Shown piece by piece: positions 50,085 to 63,022 of a stretch of 64,000 bases of DNA. The DNA is from Lama guanicoe (taxonomy: Eukaryota): contig MU054323.1 in NCBI GenBank assembly GCA_013239625.1, positions 14,388,029 through 14,452,028 on the forward strand, given 5' to 3'. Position 1 is the first letter of the stretch; each line of letters starts with the position of its first letter. The notes beneath the pieces are model-generated. The model had not been told where the DNA came from. It did no database searches and saw only the letters and a list, made by a program, of their open reading frames with translations. Made by a program: the position numbers and the translations under genes.

Positions 50085-50607
50085 TATTAATTTGGGAAGA
50101 ACTGACATGTGGGAAATATTGTCTTCCTCAATATTCATGAACATGCAGTATCTCTCTATTCATTTACTTATTTGAATTATTTCATCAAAGTTTTAGTTTT
50201 TTCTCATGTAGCTCTTGTACATATTTTGTTAGACTTATACCAAAATATTTCATTTTGGGGGGACAAATGTAATGGTATTATGTTTCTAAATTGAAATTTC
50301 ACTTGTTTAGTGCTAGTATATAAGAGAGTGAGTGATTTTTGTATATTAATCTTGTATCATTCTATACTAATTTATTAGTTCCAGGAGGGGTTTTTTGGCC
50401 AATTTTTTAGATTTTCTTAAAAAATGATTGTCACCTCAAATATATATAGTTTTATTTCTTATTTCTCAATCTGAATCCTTTTAATTTCCTTTTCCTGTCT
50501 TAATTGCATTAATTAGGAATTCCAGTATAATGTTGAAAAGAGGTGGTGAGTTGGAACATCCTTGAGTTCCTGATTTTCATGGAAGAGCTTTTAGTTTCTT
50601 ACTATTA
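50085..50607 (-). mobile_element. Old L1 ORF2 fragment
   Basis: 'ttgggaagaactgacat', 'taggaattccagtataatgttgaaaagaggtggtgagttggaacatccttg'. Confidence 0.8.
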
Positions 50608-50849
50608 CAAAGAAATATTTTTGATAACCTGGAAGTCATAGTACAAATGATTTTCAAAAGTTATTTTGAGATAATTGAAGGTACTGTTGACCTCTGAATT
50701 TCATGCAGCAAACCTCATAAGGTACCCACTGGTTCAGAAAACTAGTGAGTCTACAAGCAAAACTTAATCAAATTTAGAAGTTCTCACTGTTCATTTAAAA
50801 AATGTTTTAGATAATTTGAACAGTCAGTAATTTGCCCTTAAGTAATAAT

Positions 50850-52046
50850 AGCTATCATACTCAACTGTGAAAGATTGAAAGCTTTACCTATAGAGTAAGA
50901 AAAAAGGCAGGGATGCCCACTCTCACCACTTTTATTCAGCGTGGTACTAGAAATTCTAGACAGAGCAAGACAAAGAAATGAAAGGCATCCAAATTGGAAA
51001 GGAAAAAGTAAAATTGTTGCTATTTACAGATAATATGATCTTATATATTAAAAATACTAAAGAACTCAACCCAAAACCATTGGAGCTAATCAACAAATAT
51101 AGTCAAAGTGTAAGATATAAAATCAACATACAAAACCCAGTTACATTCTTTAAGCACTAACAACAAATATCTGAAAAAGAAGTAAAGAAAACTGTCCCAT
51201 TCACAATAGAATCAAAAACAATAAAATACTTAGGAATAAATTTAACCGAGAAAGTGAAAGATCTGTACAATAAAAACTGTAAGACTTTGATAAAATGAAA
51301 TTGAAGATGACACAAATGAAAGCTATCCCATATTTATGGATTCTTAGAGTTAATATTGTTGAAATGTCTGTACTACCCAAAGCCATCTATAAACTCAATG
51401 CAGTACTTGTCAAAACTCAAAGACATTTTTTACAGAAATAAAGAAAACAATCGTAAAATTTGTATGGAACCACAAAAGACCAAAGCAATCCTGAGAAAGA
51501 AGAATAAAGTGGAGGCATCACACTTTCTGAATACTACAAAGCTATAGTAATTAAAACAGTATGTTACTGGCATAAAAATAGAAACATAGACAAATGGAGC
51601 AGAATAGAGAACCCAGAAGTAAATCCCCCAAAACATGGTCAACTAATATTTGATAAGAGAGTCAAGAACACTCACTGGGGAAAGGATAGTCTCTTCAACA
51701 AATGGCGTTGGGAAAACTTGGATAACTGCATGCAGAAAAATGAAAATGGACCCCTGTCTAACAATACTCCCCAAATTTATTCAAGATAGATTAAAAACTT
51801 AAACATAAGACCTACTACTGTAAAACTCTCAGAAGAAAATATAGCAAAGAAGATCTTTGACTTTGGTCTTGGCAGTTATTTTTTTGGAACATGACACTAA
51901 AGGCACAAAAGCAAAATTAAGCAAGTGGGACTACATCAAACTAAAATCTGCACAGCAAAAGCATCAGTCAACAAAATGAAAAGGAAGCCTACAAAATGAG
52001 GCAAAATTTTTTGCAAATCATATATCAAATAAGAGGTTAATATCCA
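50850..52046 (+). mobile_element. L1 ORF2 fragment (reverse-transcriptase region)
   Basis: ORF 50978-51160 'MKGIQIGKEKVKLLLFTDNMILYIKN' is the degenerate FADD motif; it continues collinearly to 'gcaaatcatatatcaaataagaggttaatatcca'. Confidence 0.92.
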
Positions 52047-52329
52047 TTCCTTGTTTAAAGCCTTAAAATTTGTCAAATGAACTTTTAAAGGAAAAACATA
52101 AGAAATATATATATATAAAATGAAATATATAGTTTTGCCCTGTGTTTCTCTTTAGACTTTTATGGTTGAAATTCTTAAATCCTTTTTAGTTTCCCACCTT
52201 GTAGCCTTCAGCCAGTTTTATCCGTACGAGGGACTCGATTTAGGTATATTAATTAGTATGAGTCTTCCAGCCCTGGGAAGCTATATGAGCTTTTCTGGCA
52301 GATTTCTTGTCTACCCTTTTGATTGTTTC

Positions 52330-53470
52330 CAGCATATATACGGGTCTTATTTTTTTTCAATCCATTCAGCCACTTTATGTCTTCTGATTGGAACATTGAG
52401 TCCACTTATATTTGAAGTAATTATTGGTATTTGTGTACTTATTGCCATTTTGTTCATTGTTTTGGGATTGTTTTTGTAGTTCTTTTTTTTCCCTTTCTTT
52501 TTTCTCTTCCCTTGTGATTTGATGACTATCTTTAGTGTTATTGTTGGATTCCTTTCTCTTTATTGTGTGTATCTATTATAGATTTTTGGCTTGTGGTTAC
52601 CATGAGGTTTACATATAGCCATCTATCTATCTATGATCATTTTAAGTGGCAGCAGCACACCAGCAGGCTGACTGCTGTAGGCAGTCTTATAGGCATGGCT
52701 GGCCTCCAGTCCATTTGGTTGCCAGGTCCTGTCTTGTGTGGAGACTGCTGGCCACTGGTTGGTAGGGCAGGATCATGAGGTAGCTGGCTGAAGAGCCCCA
52801 GGGGTTCTTAGGGCTTGTGCTGGCCTACTGGTGGGTGGAGCCAGGTTTTGAGGTGGGTGGTTGCAGGGCCAGGGTTCTGGGTCTAGTGTTAGCCAGCTTG
52901 GAGCTTGTGTCAGCCTGCTTGTGGGTGGGGCCAGGGCCTGGGAGTCCTGGGGGCTAGTGCTTTCTCACTGGTGAGCATAGCTGGGTCCCAGGGTCTCTGG
53001 CTGCAGGGCCCTTTGGTCCCATAGCTGATATCTACTCACTGTTGGTTGGGGCTGAATCCCAGGGATGCTGGCTGAGGGGCCCAAGGTTTCCAAGAGTTGA
53101 TGCTAGCCTGCTGGTGTGTGGGCTGGTTCATGACACTACAGGCTGCAAGGTTGAGTGGTCCTAGGGCTGGCACCTGCCCACTGGTGGGCAAAGCCAGGTC
53201 CCAGGGTCTCTGGTTGCAGGGCCCTGGGGGTCTTAGGCGGGGCTAGTGTTGGTGAGCTGGTATATGGGGCTGGGTCCTAGGCCCTCTGGTGGACCGGCTG
53301 GGTCCTGGGGTGGTTGTGGGTGAAGAGGCAATCTTAAAGCAGCAAGTCTGCTGATGGGTGGGCTAGGTCCCAGTGCTAGTAAGCTAAAGGGTGGATTCCA
53401 AACTGGTGCTTGCCAGGTCCATTGTCTATGTGGTAAAAGGAGCTCCCCAAAATGGCTGCCTATGTCCCAA
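52330..53470 (-). mobile_element. L1 5' portion: ORF2 start/inter-ORF spacer joined to a GC-rich repetitive 5' UTR
   Basis: 'atccattcagccactttatgtcttctgattgg' is the reverse of the ORF2 N-terminus; G-rich tract at 52650-53470 with repeated 'gtcccagggtctctgg(c/t)tgcagggccct' and 'ccccaaaatggctgcc' (YY1-like). Confidence 0.78.
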
Positions 53471-53481
53471 GTAATTCACCA

Positions 53482-53766
53482 GTTATGTGATTTGCAAATT
53501 TCTCCCAAGTGGTTTATCTTTTTATTTGCTTAATAGTTTTTCAAAGAGTAGAAGTTCTTAATTTTGATGAAGTTCAATTTGTCATTTTTAAAAAGTGGAT
53601 TGTGCACTTGGAAACATATCTAAGAACTTTTAGCTTAACCCAAGGTCATGAAAATGTTCTGCTATGTTTTCTCCAAGATGTTTTAGAGTTTTAGTTCATA
53701 TATTTAGATCTTTGATCAACCAACTTTGAATTAATTTTTATGCGTGGCATGAGGCAAAAGTCTAAG
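53482..53766 (-). mobile_element. Old L1 ORF2 3' fragment
   Basis: 'atgtgatttgcaaatttctccca...gttcttaattttgatgaagttcaatttgtc...aacccaaggtcatgaaa'. Confidence 0.78.
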
Positions 53767-53767
53767 C

Positions 53768-54830
53768 TAAGCAAAAGAAAAACAGATAACTAGGCTTGAT
53801 TAAAATTAAAAACTTATTCACCAAAGTGTAATATGAATAAAAGGATAAATAAGCTATGATGGGGAAAATATTTAGAAAACATTTCTCTAACAAAAGACTA
53901 CTGTTATGATACATAAAGAATTCCTATAACTCAATATTAAAAATGGAAATAATTCAATAAAAATGAGCAAGAGGTTTGAAGAGACTCCACTTAAGTAGAT
54001 GTATAAATAATGAACAAGCACATAAATAAGTGTTCAGATTTGCTAGTCATCAGGTAAGTGCAAATTAAAGCCATAATGATACTATACTCAACAGAATGCC
54101 AAAATCAAAAAGAATGGCAACACTAAATGTTGGCAAGCATGTGGAACAATAGAGCTGTCACACTTGTGCAAATACAAAATCATATACCACTTTTCAAAAT
54201 GTTCTGGAAATTTCTGTGAAGGTATACATACACCAGCCCTCTCCCCCAGAAATTCCACACCCAGATATTTACTCAAAAAAATTACAAGAGGTGTCCTCAA
54301 AAATACTGTGCAAGAATATTCATAGCAGATTTAACAACCAAAATAGAAAACAGTCCAGATGTCCATTCCTAAGAGAATTTCATAAATATACTTGATATAC
54401 AAATACAACGGAATACTACTCAGTAATAAAGGGGGAAAAATCACTGATACACATAGCAGTACAGATGAATCTCAGACATATTGCACTAAATGTAAGATGC
54501 TTTACCCCTAACAATATGATTGTATTTATGTGAAAATCTGCAATGGGCAAAATAATGCCTGACAAAATAAAAACAGTAGTGTCAGGAGGGTATTCGGATG
54601 GAGAAGAGAACATGAGGAGACACTGGGGTGAGTTTACTGTTTTGAAAGTTGATAGGAGTTTGTGGATTGCAGAGGTATTTTTTAAAGGTATTTTTTAAAA
54701 CTTGGTGAATGTATGCTTAAGATCTATGTATTTCATTGTATACAAATTTTACACGAAAAGCAACAAAAACTTAAAGCAAATTTTGAATTCTTTTTGATAA
54801 AATCCATGCTGATGTATTCAAGAAGAGTAC
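53768..54830 (+). mobile_element. Ancient L1 (L1MC/ME-type) ORF2 end and 3' UTR
   Basis: 'caggtaagtgcaaattaaagcc', 'aacactaaatgttggcaagcatgtggaacaatagagct', 'ggaatactactcagtaataaa', 'tgcttaagatctatgtatttcattgtatacaaatttta'. Confidence 0.8.
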
Positions 54831-55824
54831 TTTCTTCTGACCACCATTTACAGTGATTTTATTGATACTGTATTTCTCATTAGAGTGCTCTCAAGCTGGG
54901 GTTCCCAGTTGTGTATTCATATGTCTAAGGGCATATGATACTTTGCTGACATAAACACAGCAAATCTGTCTATATAATCAATCTCACTCAATACTAAATA
55001 ATTTAAAGCATTCATTTATTTTCAGGAAATAGATACCTTATAAAATAGAATGCCCATTTCTGAAGAAGGTTTAAGATAAATGTGAAAATGTGTGACTTCA
55101 AAGACAGTTGTTTGTGTTGAGCTGCTTCAGGTTCTGCCTTTACACTCCCTGAAACACGTTCAAACTCCCAGGCTTTTGGGAACATTTTGATGGAAAAGTT
55201 AGAGAAAACCTGCAACCGAAACAAAAATATCAATAATGGAATTGTGTGAGAATTATGTGAAGATCTTTTACTACAGATTTCATCTTAGTAGGTACAGCTT
55301 GGTAGGAAAAGACATTTCTCCTCAGTCTTAGATTGTGTTTCTGCAGGGGGCACTTTCATGTTAGACTTACTCATTGTAGTTAAAACCATCCAGAGAGGTG
55401 TTTAACATCTGGTTCCAAATAAAAGACACGGAGATCTGTTATTACACATTGTAAAACGTCATTGTTGCTCTATAAAGAATATGTATAACTCAGGAAGAGA
55501 CTCTGAACTAATTTTAGCATATGCACACAGTTACAATAGTTGTTTTTGAAGATAGAGCGACGGTAGAAATATTTAAATGGTTTAGATAGGTTTTACTCTC
55601 TGAGCTCAGCAAGTATAATTTCTGAGCTCAGTAATTATAGTGGAAAACTAAACTCAGTGGCAATTCTCAAGAACCAAGCTAGTTCACCTTTTTTGAAGTG
55701 TTTCCAGTTAAGAGTATAGGTGGACTAGCAGAATAAGGAAAGGATGATCAAAAGTATTTTGACAGAGTTGAGTTTCCATTTATATCCAGAAAGAAGTCAA
55801 AATACAGTTTTATTTTGGGGATAT

Positions 55825-55828
55825 ATGT

Positions 55829-55860
<32 letters not shown>

Positions 55861-56050
55861 GCATTTTTGTGTATTTATCTACCATATATGTTTTACATAT
55901 TTTAAACAATATTGCTTTATATTTTAAAATATTTATGTATTTTATATAATATATATACAATATATATGATATATGTATGTATATATTATGTATATACACT
56001 ATTTAAAGGTATATTATACCTTTACTGTATATATTTATAGTAGTTAATTA
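55825..56050. repeat. (AC)11 microsatellite plus TA-rich low-complexity tract
   Basis: Read directly. Confidence 0.85.
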
Positions 56051-57649
56051 TACATCAGTGAATTACCTCTCACAGCAATAATTACTGGTAGCAAAACAGA
56101 TTCTTATGGGTTTTTTTTTTTTGAGATTTAAGGACTATGCAGTATAAGTGGAACTGAGAAAGAATAAAGGCATAAGCTGCCCATAAGTCTAAAAGAGAAC
56201 AAGTATAATGAAGTATCATTACAGACACTTAGTTCCGTGAAATTAGGGAGAGAAATTAAAAGCCAGTCAAACAGCCTAAGAACTAAAGAGATGTGAAGGA
56301 GAAAGAAGACTGAGAACCACTGAATTTGGCAAGCTATTTACCCATTGATGGGCAAGAGAAGAATTGTCCAAACAATTCTAAATCTTCCATTATCAATTTA
56401 CCTTACTTCAGAACTTCGCTCTGCTGGTTTTGAAATTGTGCATAAAGCTATCATTCCTAAATCATTAGGTTATGAGAATGCTATTCTTGCCTAAGAGCAT
56501 ACGGCAAGTTCTGCCCCTAGAAGAGCTGTATGCCCTTTGTGTAATATGTCATCTCTTCATAACCAAATTCAAGCAAAAAAAGTTAATTTGGGCAATGACA
56601 TTCCTTAGATTTTTACCAACCAACTATCCCATCCTAGACCTCCATATCACTAATTTAATGAATTTGAGTTTAAAGCAGGGGAAAACAAAACAGAACCACA
56701 TTGACAAATAACCACCTATTAGTACTTTATCTGAAACAACCCCATGTAACCAACAAAAAAGAAAAAGTTTAAAGATGACTGCTCTAACACATATCCTTTT
56801 TCTATTATAATAAAATGGTAGACCACTTGCCTATGGAGTTAAACAATTGCTTATCAGAACAATACAGTTCGTTTTAGTTGTCAAAGCAGATTTCCTCCAG
56901 AGTGTTCTAGATGAATGCCCATGTCAAGGATTCCCAAGTCTCCCCTCAATACACATTTAAGCAGCACAGTCTGCCTTTGACAAATATTCCTGTTCTATAC
57001 TAACAACCATAAAACTAATGGCTGTATCGGAACATTGTTCCATTCTAAAAAGAAAAAAGAAGGCCTGCAGAAGATAGATTTCTCTGCAAGTCTTTTATAC
57101 AATGCAAGCCATGTATGCCTGTATTCAGTTGCAACAAGAAACAATATAGCGAGGCCTAGAAGAATGTCTATTAATATTGTCCTCAACTTCTTTGTAAAGA
57201 GAAAAAATTTCTCATTTTCTTAAGTCCTTGTGATCAAAGTAGACCCTGACAAAGATATCATCATACAAAGATATTGTAAAAGCAGGACAGCTTGCTTTCT
57301 TACTTACTCTATGCATTCATTCCTCATTTTAACCATAAACTCGATTGTTTGATAATCTGATTATCTAGTTGTCTTCAATCCTTCTTTTCTTTTTTCTATC
57401 TTTTCTTCTTTTCTTTCAATAGAATTACTAAGGGTCTAATAAATGCTTAAGGAGTACTGTCTGCATTGCCACTGGCCCACAAAGAAACCAAGAATAATAA
57501 TAATAAAAAATAACATTATTTGATCAGAATTAAATACTTACCAATTATGCAGAATTTTAAAATTCACTGATATAATTTCCCAATTTTTCTCAGCCTATAG
57601 CCAGATTTAGTTGGGCTTCATGTGTGCTTGGCTGCAGTGGGCCAAGGGT

Positions 57650-58720
57650 GAGTGAAAATCAGTTTCCTGTATACCCCCTTTTATATTCCACTTTGAGTTC
57701 AGATTCAGCACTTCAAAACTAAAACTCATCATCTTTTTTATACAAGTTAAAATACTTTTATTAAGCTAGACTTGTTTCTTTGGATCAAATTTTAATTTCT
57801 ATACTCTTGTTATTCCCTGTTATTTACTACTATATTACATACATTTCTAGTTTCTTCTTTCTTCCACCATTTTTCTGCCTTTTTCTTAAGGCATGACCTT
57901 CATTATTTCACACCAAGATAACCAAAATATTTTGTAAACTGTTCTCTCAAGGGTATCCCTCATCTACACCTCCAAATTAATTTATGTACCATCTACAACA
58001 TATATTCTAGAAAAAACCATGCCATTGTTTCATGTTTTCTGTGACTCCCCATTTCTTAAAGAAACAATTCAAACACCCTAATTTTGTGTTTAATACTCTA
58101 CTACCTGGGCCTCAATAATTTAATAAAAGAAAGAAAAATTCTACTATAAAAAATATAAGCAAAATATGGTTCCTGCTAGAATAGAATAGAGGTCTTCAAA
58201 ACAGAGCGGCCCTTATTCAGAATATTAAAGCTATAGAAGAGTTAGAAGGAATATCTACATTGGAAAGAAATTTGAATTTGATATTCTCTCAGACCTTTTC
58301 CTCACCTTTGCTTGTTTGATTCTATTTCTATATCTCTATCTCTCTTGATGCCCTGATACAAACTTTCTTATCTTTCTCAGTCTCAGAAACTCCTCATTCC
58401 CTGAACATGTTCTATGACTTGCTGCTTCCATGCACTTGCCCGTATTTGGTACCCCTACCAGAAAAGCCTTTTGCCTCCACTCTTCACTTGTCCAAGGCCT
58501 TGCTGTCTTTGAAGGGATATGAGGAAGAGCCATCTGTCTTTACATCTCATCCAGTTTATCATCAGATTTGACATGCTGATCTTGATACCTAGAGAACTGT
58601 CCTCCTGCACATCTTACCTCACTGCTTATACAATAAGCAGGCCTATGTTCAGTGAAAAGTGTGGCTGCCCTGAAACTCTGCCTTTTCCACGAATCTTCCA
58701 TTAACATGCTCATCTTCTAA
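57650..58720 (+). mobile_element. Degenerate L2 fragments
   Basis: 'cagcacttcaaaactaaaactcatcatc', 'gtgactccccatttcttaaagaaacaattcaaacaccct', 'ccctgaacatgttctatgacttgctgcttccatgcacttgc'. Confidence 0.5.
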
Positions 58721-59837
58721 AATGTTGGCAGAAAATCCCAACCTTAGGTCTTTATTAGCAAGGTCATAGGGGAATAATTGGACAGGTGAGAGAGAAGTGT
58801 GTGGAGGGGTGATTAAGACATGTGATGCTTTTTCATTGATGCCTCTCACCCAGTGGGCTATTGACCCTGGTTACTCACTTAGCAGTAATGCCCCTAAATT
58901 CACATTCTGATTTTTTTATTTAAGTGTAAAGATCTCACTCAGATACTCCTTGAATACAGTGAGTTGAACACATGCATTAGCTTCCACTCCTTTGTGAATT
59001 ATAATCTCACCAAAATTACAACATAACTGTCTTTGGAGGATGGCAAAATGGGAAACAGGTTTGCATAAGGAGTAAGCATATATCTGTGTGCATGTGTGGA
59101 GGGGTAAAAATCTATGAAAGAAAAATCTCAAGTTTCATTGCTAGTGACTAAAACTGAAAAGTAAAGAAATAGCAACTTAGGCATGTTATTTAGAGAAACA
59201 GGCAAATACCAACATAATCAGTTAAAGTATTTAAAAGATTAAAACAAGCAGCTGACTTCTTGGCAGCCACAACTGTATGTGGGACTCAGAAAAATAACTT
59301 TTGAAATATATTTATGCCTAAGCTTCATAAAAAATATGAAATATAAAGTTAATTATAGAATAAGATATATAATTTTAGAAAATGGTAACAAATTTTGAAG
59401 AGTATACACACATAAACACACACAAAACAGAAGATGTGATTTCTAGTTGGATGACTCTGGCCAGCTGGCTGTCTTCTAAAAGGCCGATCCTGTTGCATAA
59501 TTGTAGTCAGTGTATTGTAGTTTAAGATCTGACCTTTAGTTGTGCAAACTCAGATATGATTCCTCAGCATGCTAAGAGTAGATGTCCGTCTCAAAGGCAG
59601 ATTCAGGTGAAAGAATTATATGAAACTAATGTATAAAATCAAAATGTTGCTTTTTAAATATTCAATGAGAAATTTAAGTTGTGAAGGAACCAAACATTTG
59701 AATCCATATGACCAGCTGCTCTCATCTTATAGCCAGATCTGCCTATGAAATTATTTACAATAAGAATGCCACGTAACTAATATATAAAATATAGATAGGG
59801 TAGGGAATGGATATTAGTGTTCTCTGTTTGTATGGAA

Positions 59838-60160
59838 CAGTGCCGTCCAAAATAAGTATAATACAATCCAAAAATGGGAGCCCTGTATGTAACTTTAAAT
59901 TTTCTGGAGGCCATATTAAAAAAAAAGAAACAGATGAAATGAATTTTAATACTATAATTTATTTAACATAACATGTAAAAATACAATAATTTTAACATGC
60001 AATCAAGAAAACGTTACTATTAAGATAGTTATGGAAAGTTTGTACTATGTCTTTGAAATCTAATGTGTATTTTACACTTACCGCACATCTCAACTTGGAC
60101 TAGACACATTTCATGTGGTCATTACCAACATACGGCTAATGACCACCAAACTGGATAGTG
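59838..60160. mobile_element. MER33 (hAT-Charlie non-autonomous DNA transposon)
   Basis: 'cagtgccgtccaa...gtaactttaaattttctggaggccatattaaaa...gtgtattttacacttaccgcacatctcaacttggactagacacatttca...ctggatagtg', with decayed terminal inverted repeats. Confidence 0.88.
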
Positions 60161-61609
60161 TCAAGCAAAAACTCTTGCAAGCATTCAACAAGAAAATTAA
60201 ACAGCAGAAGGCTGCTTTTCAACCTTGGACTTAGAGCCTTGGGGGTTAGTTATATAATTTAGATATTTATCTCAGGCTAAGATAATAAGGTATATGTTAT
60301 GTCTCCGGTAAGCATATACATTTTCTGGGGGCAATACAGGCTAAGTGCTTCAACCAGGGCTGTCTCTGTGTTCTAAATAATGCCTAGTTAGATTCAGCCC
60401 ATACCTCAAAGGATTTTCGTTTTTGTATTCTAAATAAGCCAATTAGCCTGGTGCATAACATATTCTTTCTCTAAATATTTTAAGCCCTCAGTCAAATTAC
60501 AACTAATTTCTACCTATGTAGAATTTGTCTCTTTTAATGGCTTTGCATATCTTTCCTGTATTCCACTATGTTTCAACCTTATAGGAGAAATTTCCTTTCC
60601 CTTTATTTTCATTTTTTGTAAAATATTTTATAGCAGCCCTCAGGTACGATAATTGAAGTCCTTATTCCATGCCCATGATGGGTGCTTCTTCATACAACTT
60701 CCTGTAGATAGGAATAAATAATTTAGCAGGGTAGCAAGCTGAAGAGTATATATCATCACAATTCTTATATTGGAAAACATAAATTATATTTTAAATATGC
60801 AAATAACACTCAACATGTAAAGTCATGCCATAGCAATTATTTTTCATATTTATTAATAAACTTGTATATTCTTTGGATGTTTCAAATATATTTTATTTAT
60901 AATCTATAGAAAATCATAATTACTTTATATAAATGTTTTAGAAATACAATGGGTAATATGCAAGATATAGATGCTACAAAATGTTCTAAATGGATTTATT
61001 CAGTAACTGTACATTTTTCTTATTTTTGTAAAATATGTATGAAATTATAACATAAAGAACAGTGCCATAGGCATGTGTCAGCAGAATGTTTATAGGTTAG
61101 GAATAAATAAACTATAAATGACAGTCATAAATGGACAAGAACCTCCTTTAAAAGATGGCAAACATTTAAAGGGATAAATATGTAAAATTGTAGACACGAG
61201 TAACATTTTTTCATTTAGACTCCTGTTCTCAATTTCTTGTCAGTTATTTTCATGGCAAGTTATTTCAGCAAGACCTATTTTCTATATTAAATTTGACAAA
61301 TAATACAGAGATTGTGTAGTGATAAGATTACTAGTCAGAGTACCTGGCCTCAGGAGCTCTCCTACTAAAAATTGGGAGAGACATTTTTTATCGTCTGTAA
61401 AAGAGGAAGTCCTTCTGAGCTGGAAGGTACAGGAATATATGTATGTCTGGGCTCAGGTGTGAACACTCCCAAGCAGAATCTTGGCCCTCACTCTAGCTAT
61501 TTCTTTAAAACTTAATGAAGAGCTTTCTAGACCCACTGAAAGAATGCCCCAATTTCTTGAAGGAATGCAACCTCATAAGCCTATCCAGGAATCTAAGGCT
61601 TCCTGGACC

Positions 61610-61760
61610 TCAGAAAATCAGAAGTCCTGAATTTGAGTTCTGCTTGTATTATTCAGTATCAGACCTGGACAAATTGCTTAATGTCCTAGTACCTTCAACA
61701 TCCTCTTATATCAAATGGTAAAAATAACTCCTACACTTTCTCTCTTACATGCTTTTTGAG
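61610..61760 (+). mobile_element. MIR fragment
   Basis: 'aatcagaagtcctgaatttgagttctgc...gacctggacaaattgcttaatgtcct'. Confidence 0.6.
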
Positions 61761-61879
61761 ATGCATGTATATGTATATGTATGCATGTATGTGTGTATGT
61801 ATGTTGTATTTACAGCTGCTAAGCAATAATCAGGTGAACAGTATTAATATATTTTATCCAAATATAAAAGCATTTCTTC

Positions 61880-62090
61880 CTTTTTACTGTCCGCTCTGAG
61901 CCAGATGCGACGCTAAAACTTTACTTACATTAACTCTTTTTATCCTGATAGGTAGCATTGCAATTCTCATTTCCCAGAGGAAGAAATTGTGATTTAGAGT
62001 TTTAAATAATTGCCTAAAATTACACTGACAGTAAATGGCAGAGTAGGAATTTAAAAATGGGAGTCTAGTCTAACTTCAAAGCCTGATTTT
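61880..62090 (-). mobile_element. MIR SINE
   Basis: 'ctcatttcccagaggaagaaattgtgatttagag...taattgcctaaaattacactgacagtaaatggcagagtaggaattt'. Confidence 0.7.
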
Positions 62091-62299
62091 TTAAGAGACA
62101 TTTTCTTCCTTAAGTCCTCTTGCCCTCATTTCAAAAAGCAGTTACTCAGTTAAACAATGAGCTAGTTTTGTCTAAAATAATTCTGAAACTGTCATAACAA
62201 TTTAGAGTTTGAACTGGTAATAGGTAATGCTAAAAAATATGTTATTACTCAGGATCCTTTGACCCCTTTTATCCTGGGTGTCCTCCAACATCTTTAACT

Positions 62300-62930
62300 G
62301 CCTATTTCATTTATGAATCTCTGAGCTTCTATAATGTCATCTGCTAAATTACATAATGGGATTTGAATCCTTCTAAGGTCTTTGCTGATGTAAACATCTA
62401 TTTTTCTTTTCCCTTGCCTGGTTTGAATTCTTATATTACTCCCTTCTAGCAGGAAGTATTCTCTGAATTTATGCCTGGCATTATTTTCATATTTCTTGTC
62501 TCTAACTCTCTTGTTTATTCTTTCTCTAACTCCACTCCAATCCAATATCTTCATCTCTCACCTCTTCAGTAACAATACCTAAGTCTTTGTGTTGCACCAT
62601 CCTAAAACAACACACTAAGTACTCTGTTCGTTTTCAAATCTGTACTTGTTTTTTTATAAACATTTCTACAGTTAGTGCCACCACACTTCTTTTACAGTTC
62701 GCTTTGTTTGCATTCTGCTTTCCCTCTCTTCCACTGCACTTGAAATTGCTCTTTCAAGTTCAATAATGGCCTATGAAATGCTAAATCCAATGTTCTTTCT
62801 CCTATGTCAGTTTATTTTACCTTTTTGAGGGAATTAGCATGGTTAGTCTCCCTTTCCTTTTTAGAAATCTCTACTCTTTTGGTCTTGCAATTTCCTAAAT
62901 CTCCTCCTAAATGCCTTACTATCTGTTTTA
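62300..62930 (+). mobile_element. L2 ORF2 fragment
   Basis: 'ccactgcacttgaaattgctctttcaagttcaataatggcctatgaaatgctaaatccaatg'. Confidence 0.65.
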
Positions 62931-63022
62931 AATAATCGTCATTGAGTTATCAGTTCCTACTTGCTCCTTCAAATAAAGGAGAAAAGAAGGCGGGGGAACA
63001 CCTATGGATGCGTACTGTCTCT

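Noticed and set aside
52650..53470. Possible CpG-island promoter of a host gene
   Set aside because: GC-rich but nearly CpG-free, and contiguous with L1 sequence; best explained as an L1 5' UTR.
54673..54698. 13-bp exact tandem duplication in an L1 3' UTR
   Set aside because: Ordinary short slippage event in low-complexity sequence.
56995..57200. Minus-strand ORF with a hydrophobic, signal-peptide-like start (RTILIDILLGLAILFLVAT) after an acceptor-like tract
   Set aside because: It starts with TTG, no GT donor was found, and T-rich DNA readily yields hydrophobic peptides.
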